Positions 17,952-20,515 of a stretch of DNA of 20,515 nucleotides are shown one piece after another. This DNA is from an uncultured bacterium (lineage in GTDB: Bacteria; Chloroflexota; UBA5177; JANWHV01). Location of the stretch: assembly GCA_963729625.1 (NCBI GenBank), contig CAVSOU010000003.1, positions 1 to 20,515 on the forward strand, given 5' to 3'. Within the stretch, counting starts at the first letter, position 1. The number at the start of each line of letters is the position of its first letter. Under the pieces are notes generated by a model. That model made no database searches. It was given only the letters and a program-made list of their open reading frames with translations, and was not told the DNA's origin. The position numbers and the translations under genes are program-made.

Positions 17952-17957
17952 GGATGC

Positions 17958-18110
17958 GATGACCTGCCGTCCTAGAAAGGGTCCGACGCTAGCAACGAGA
18001 GTGACAAGATCACTCCCCTCCTACTGACGCCCGCTCTTGCCTGGCCACCCCTGGACTGCAGCGAGCAACTGGTGAACCCGGCCACGACGGCATGGTCGTG
18101 CGCCGGGTTC
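17958..18110 (+). promoter_or_regulatory. Structured 5' leader with alternative helices (riboswitch/attenuator candidate)
   Basis: Helix 17959-17971/18086-18099 (13 bp, one bulge) is incompatible with hairpin 18074-18088/18095-18110 (15 bp, one bulge). Internal hairpin at 17999-18015. Confidence 0.45.
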
Positions 18111-18146
18111 CGTGTGCCTGGCGCCGTGCAGGAAAGGAAGCGAGCG

Positions 18147-18938
18147 ATGTCAGGTCATTCACTCTGGTGGCAGTCAGCGGCTGCGGCCCTAGGCCTCACC
18201 GGACATGGGGCGCGGAAAGCGCAAGACAAGCACGGGGCCACGGCCAGGCTAGGCAGACGCGCGCTGCTTCTGATGGCGCTGTTGCTCCTACTGATAGGGT
18301 CCGGCGCGGTGCAGGCGAGAGCTGCCGGTGCCGGCGGGCGGGCCCAGCACCCCGTGCTGGTGATCATCGGCGATTCGTTGAGCGACGGGAACGGGCTGGA
18401 CCACCCGGAGACGCAATCATGGCCCGCAGTGCTCGTCCGCACGCACCCACGGCTCGGCCGCCTCGTCAATCTGTCAGAAGACGGGTATGCGTTTTTCCTG
18501 GAAGGTTTGACGTCGCCCGGCGGTCCGAGTCATGGCAGCCAGACGACGCAGGCTATCGCTGCTCACCCCACCCTCATCATCATCTGGCTGGGTGTCAACG
18601 ATGTTTTTGGGGGTAATCGGTCTGCCCGCGACACGGCCCACGATCTGGACCTGATGCTTGGCTACCTGGCGGCCACGCATGCGCGGATCTTCGTGATGAA
18701 CTACTTCGATGCCACGGCGTACGGCGTGCCTTACCTCGTCCCGCTTAATCGGGCGATAGTGCCCATCCTGGCCCGGCACCACGCACAGTTGATTGACCTC
18801 TACCCCAGCACGTACGCCATTTGGGACAATCCCGCTGACGTCCAGTCTGTACATATTGACCCCCACCCGACGGCCAAGGGCAGCGTGGCCATCGCCCAGG
18901 TCGTCTACGCCACACTGCACCGCGACGGGGTGTTGTAG
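18147..18938 (+). CDS. Secreted SGNH/GDSL hydrolase (esterase/deacetylase-like)
   Basis: Block I IIGDSLSDG, block II NLSEDG, block III WLGVND, block V DPHPTAKG. Signal peptide GRRALLLMALLLLLIGSGAVQARA (possible Tat). ATG at 18147 with AGGAAAGGA upstream. Confidence 0.9.
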   Translation: MSGHSLWWQSAAAALGLTGHGARKAQDKHGATARLGRRALLLMALLLLLIGSGAVQARAAGAGGRAQHPVLVIIGDSLSDGNGLDHPETQSWPAVLVRTHPRLGRLVNLSEDGYAFFLEGLTSPGGPSHGSQTTQAIAAHPTLIIIWLGVNDVFGGNRSARDTAHDLDLMLGYLAATHARIFVMNYFDATAYGVPYLVPLNRAIVPILARHHAQLIDLYPSTYAIWDNPADVQSVHIDPHPTAKGSVAIAQVVYATLHRDGVL

Positions 18939-18979
18939 TGCTCGCCGCTACGCAGCGTGTTTCTGGCGCTGCCGGCAGA

Positions 18980-19029
18980 CCGCCCCAGAGCCTCGCTGCA
19001 CCGCCTGCCGGTGCCGGGCCCTGGGGCGG
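18980..19029. terminator. Long GC-rich stem-loop between convergent genes
   Basis: CCGCCCCAG/CTGGGGCGG outer stem plus GCACCG/CGGTGC inner stem, ~40 nt after the SGNH stop. No U-tract. Confidence 0.4.
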
Positions 19030-19278
19030 GTCAGCCGGGAGAGTGCAAGCGATCATAGCGATGGCGGCCTTTTCGCTGTACAACGGTCAAGGCAGCCCGG
19101 CTACGGACGGTGCGTGCCCGGCAGCACGTCACCACAGGCGGGCGCTTCTCGCGCAGGTTGCCGGCTCAATCCGCGCAAAGGGCATCCGAATACCTGCCAT
19201 CCGCTCCTGGAGCCGAGCCAACAGTGCCCTGCTAGCGGCCCCATGCACACGTCGGCTGCACGGGCTCGGCATTCTCGG

Positions 19279-20136
19279 TCAAGAATGCACCGCACGCGCT
19301 TCGGCTCTGCCATCTGCCTTGGTTGCTCTCCACTCTTCTACCCGGTCCAGCCAGTCACCGGCCAGCGCCAGGCAGAGCTTCTGCCGTTCTCCCCACACCA
19401 TGTGGCCCGCGGTGTCGAGTACGGCGAAGGTGGCACGCGGATACTCCTCCACGATCTGCCACGCGCCCCGGTAGCCCACCCAGTGATCCTGCCGCCCCAG
19501 CACGAAGAGCGTGGGAGCTGGAAACGGCTCGGACAGCCGGTCCACATCGAACGAGAATCGGCCAGCGATCCGGCCGAGAAACGCCTCGTCCGCGACCGTG
19601 CCCTGCGCCACCCGAGCGTAGGCGAGCACGCCGGCATGCTCAACTACCGCGACCTCCTCCAGCCACGCCATGCCCTCTGCCCGCGCCTCTTCGATGATGG
19701 CCGGGTTCCGCACAAGCACCGCCCGCTGCGGAAGGTCGGTCGCCGAATCCGTGCCCATGCTTGAATGCGAGGGAGACACGTTCAGGAGCAGCCCATCGAT
19801 CTGTCCACCGCGGCGGTACACCAGCCCTCTGGCCAGATACGCACCATACGACGACCCCGCGAGAAGAAAGCGCTCGCCCGGCAGGATGGCATCGATGAAC
19901 GCCTCCAAGACGTCCAGCACCTGATCCTTCCCGGTCATCCAGTCGGCTCCTGGCGTCTTTCCGTGGCCGGGCAGGTCGACATAGATCCGCCTCCAGCCTT
20001 CTCGGCCGGCGAAAAGTGGTTCCAGTTCATAGATCGTCACCGTGTGGTCCAGGGGCGAGCCATGCAGCATGACAATCGGCACCCCGGCACCCATCGCCTC
20101 ATAATAGACGGTGATCCCGTCGAGTTCGCATTCCAT
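19279..20136 (-). CDS. Alpha/beta-fold hydrolase
   Basis: IVMLHG, YVDLPGHGKT, nucleophile elbow GSSYG, PTLFVLGRQD (Asp), AGH (His). GGAG RBS. Confidence 0.95.
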   Translation of the reverse strand: MECELDGITVYYEAMGAGVPIVMLHGSPLDHTVTIYELEPLFAGREGWRRIYVDLPGHGKTPGADWMTGKDQVLDVLEAFIDAILPGERFLLAGSSYGAYLARGLVYRRGGQIDGLLLNVSPSHSSMGTDSATDLPQRAVLVRNPAIIEEARAEGMAWLEEVAVVEHAGVLAYARVAQGTVADEAFLGRIAGRFSFDVDRLSEPFPAPTLFVLGRQDHWVGYRGAWQIVEEYPRATFAVLDTAGHMVWGERQKLCLALAGDWLDRVEEWRATKADGRAEARAVHS

Positions 20137-20515
20137 GGCTACTTCTCCACGCTACAACACACGTACTGTGCAAGCGCGGCAACGTCTGGCCTCGGCCTTG
20201 TGTACTACACTCCGATCATTGATTCGCGCGGGACCGCGCCCTGCCAAGAAGAGTCCCGCTGCCTAGCGCATGAGATCTGCGCCCCGACCTTGCGTGATGG
20301 TTCATGATATCGCGGACGCCCAGTGCCGGTACGCACGTAGTGCAGATCACGTCAAGCAGGTCGTTGCCCTGAGCCGCAGGACTTTGCCACAGCCAGTTGC
20401 GAAGCTCGCGCGCTTGAAGGACCCGCTGATCGATGGCGATGTCGATCAGGTCACCTCCCGAGCCAAGAACGCCGAATTGGAGACTGCCCCGGCGGCGATA
20501 CCCGCAGAGCCGGCT

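Noticed and set aside
17972-18013. Minus-strand 13-codon ORF (MILSLSLLASDPF) after AGGAGG, as a leader peptide or type I toxin
   Set aside because: Too short, SD spacing to GTG is only 3 nt, and there is no independent support.
18938-19474. ORFs between and over the SGNH and alpha/beta hydrolase ends
   Set aside because: No RBS or domain signal, and they overlap the convergent hydrolase.
20216-20515. Open frames at the right edge on both strands (minus 20515..20216; plus from ATG 20297)
   Set aside because: They are exact antisense frames of each other with no recognisable motif, so the coding strand cannot be decided from this window.

Overview
GC-rich bacterial chromosomal segment. Gene content and style suggest a soil Chloroflexota- or Actinobacteria-like organism (inference only). 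Left to right: (i) a GH3 beta-glucosidase on the minus strand, broken by four apparent 1-nt indels and running off the left edge; (ii) a ~700-bp gene-free stretch with a long nested minus-strand stem-loop (candidate ncRNA), downstream of a 78-aa ribbon-helix-helix-like ORF that has its own extended -10 promoter; (iii) a large secreted subtilase with sedolisin-type (Glu/Asp/Ser) catalytic motifs instead of Asp/His/Ser; (iv) a cytochrome P450 and a Uma2/DUF820 nuclease; (v) a partly decayed carbohydrate-utilisation region. In (v), an intact CUT1 ABC transporter (binding protein plus two permeases, no ATPase) and an atypical LacI regulator sit among a GH130 fragment, a frameshifted Gfo/Idh/MocA oxidoreductase, a GH2 beta-mannosidase remnant, an epimerase stub and an N-truncated GH31. 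Then (vi) a secreted SGNH hydrolase behind a promoter and a ~190-nt leader with mutually exclusive helices (riboswitch/attenuator candidate), and (vii) an alpha/beta hydrolase. No rRNA, tRNA, CRISPR array or transposase was recognised. The best novelty candidates are the two structured RNAs, the His-less protease and the LacI with direct-repeat operator candidates. All RNA folds were paired by eye, not computed.
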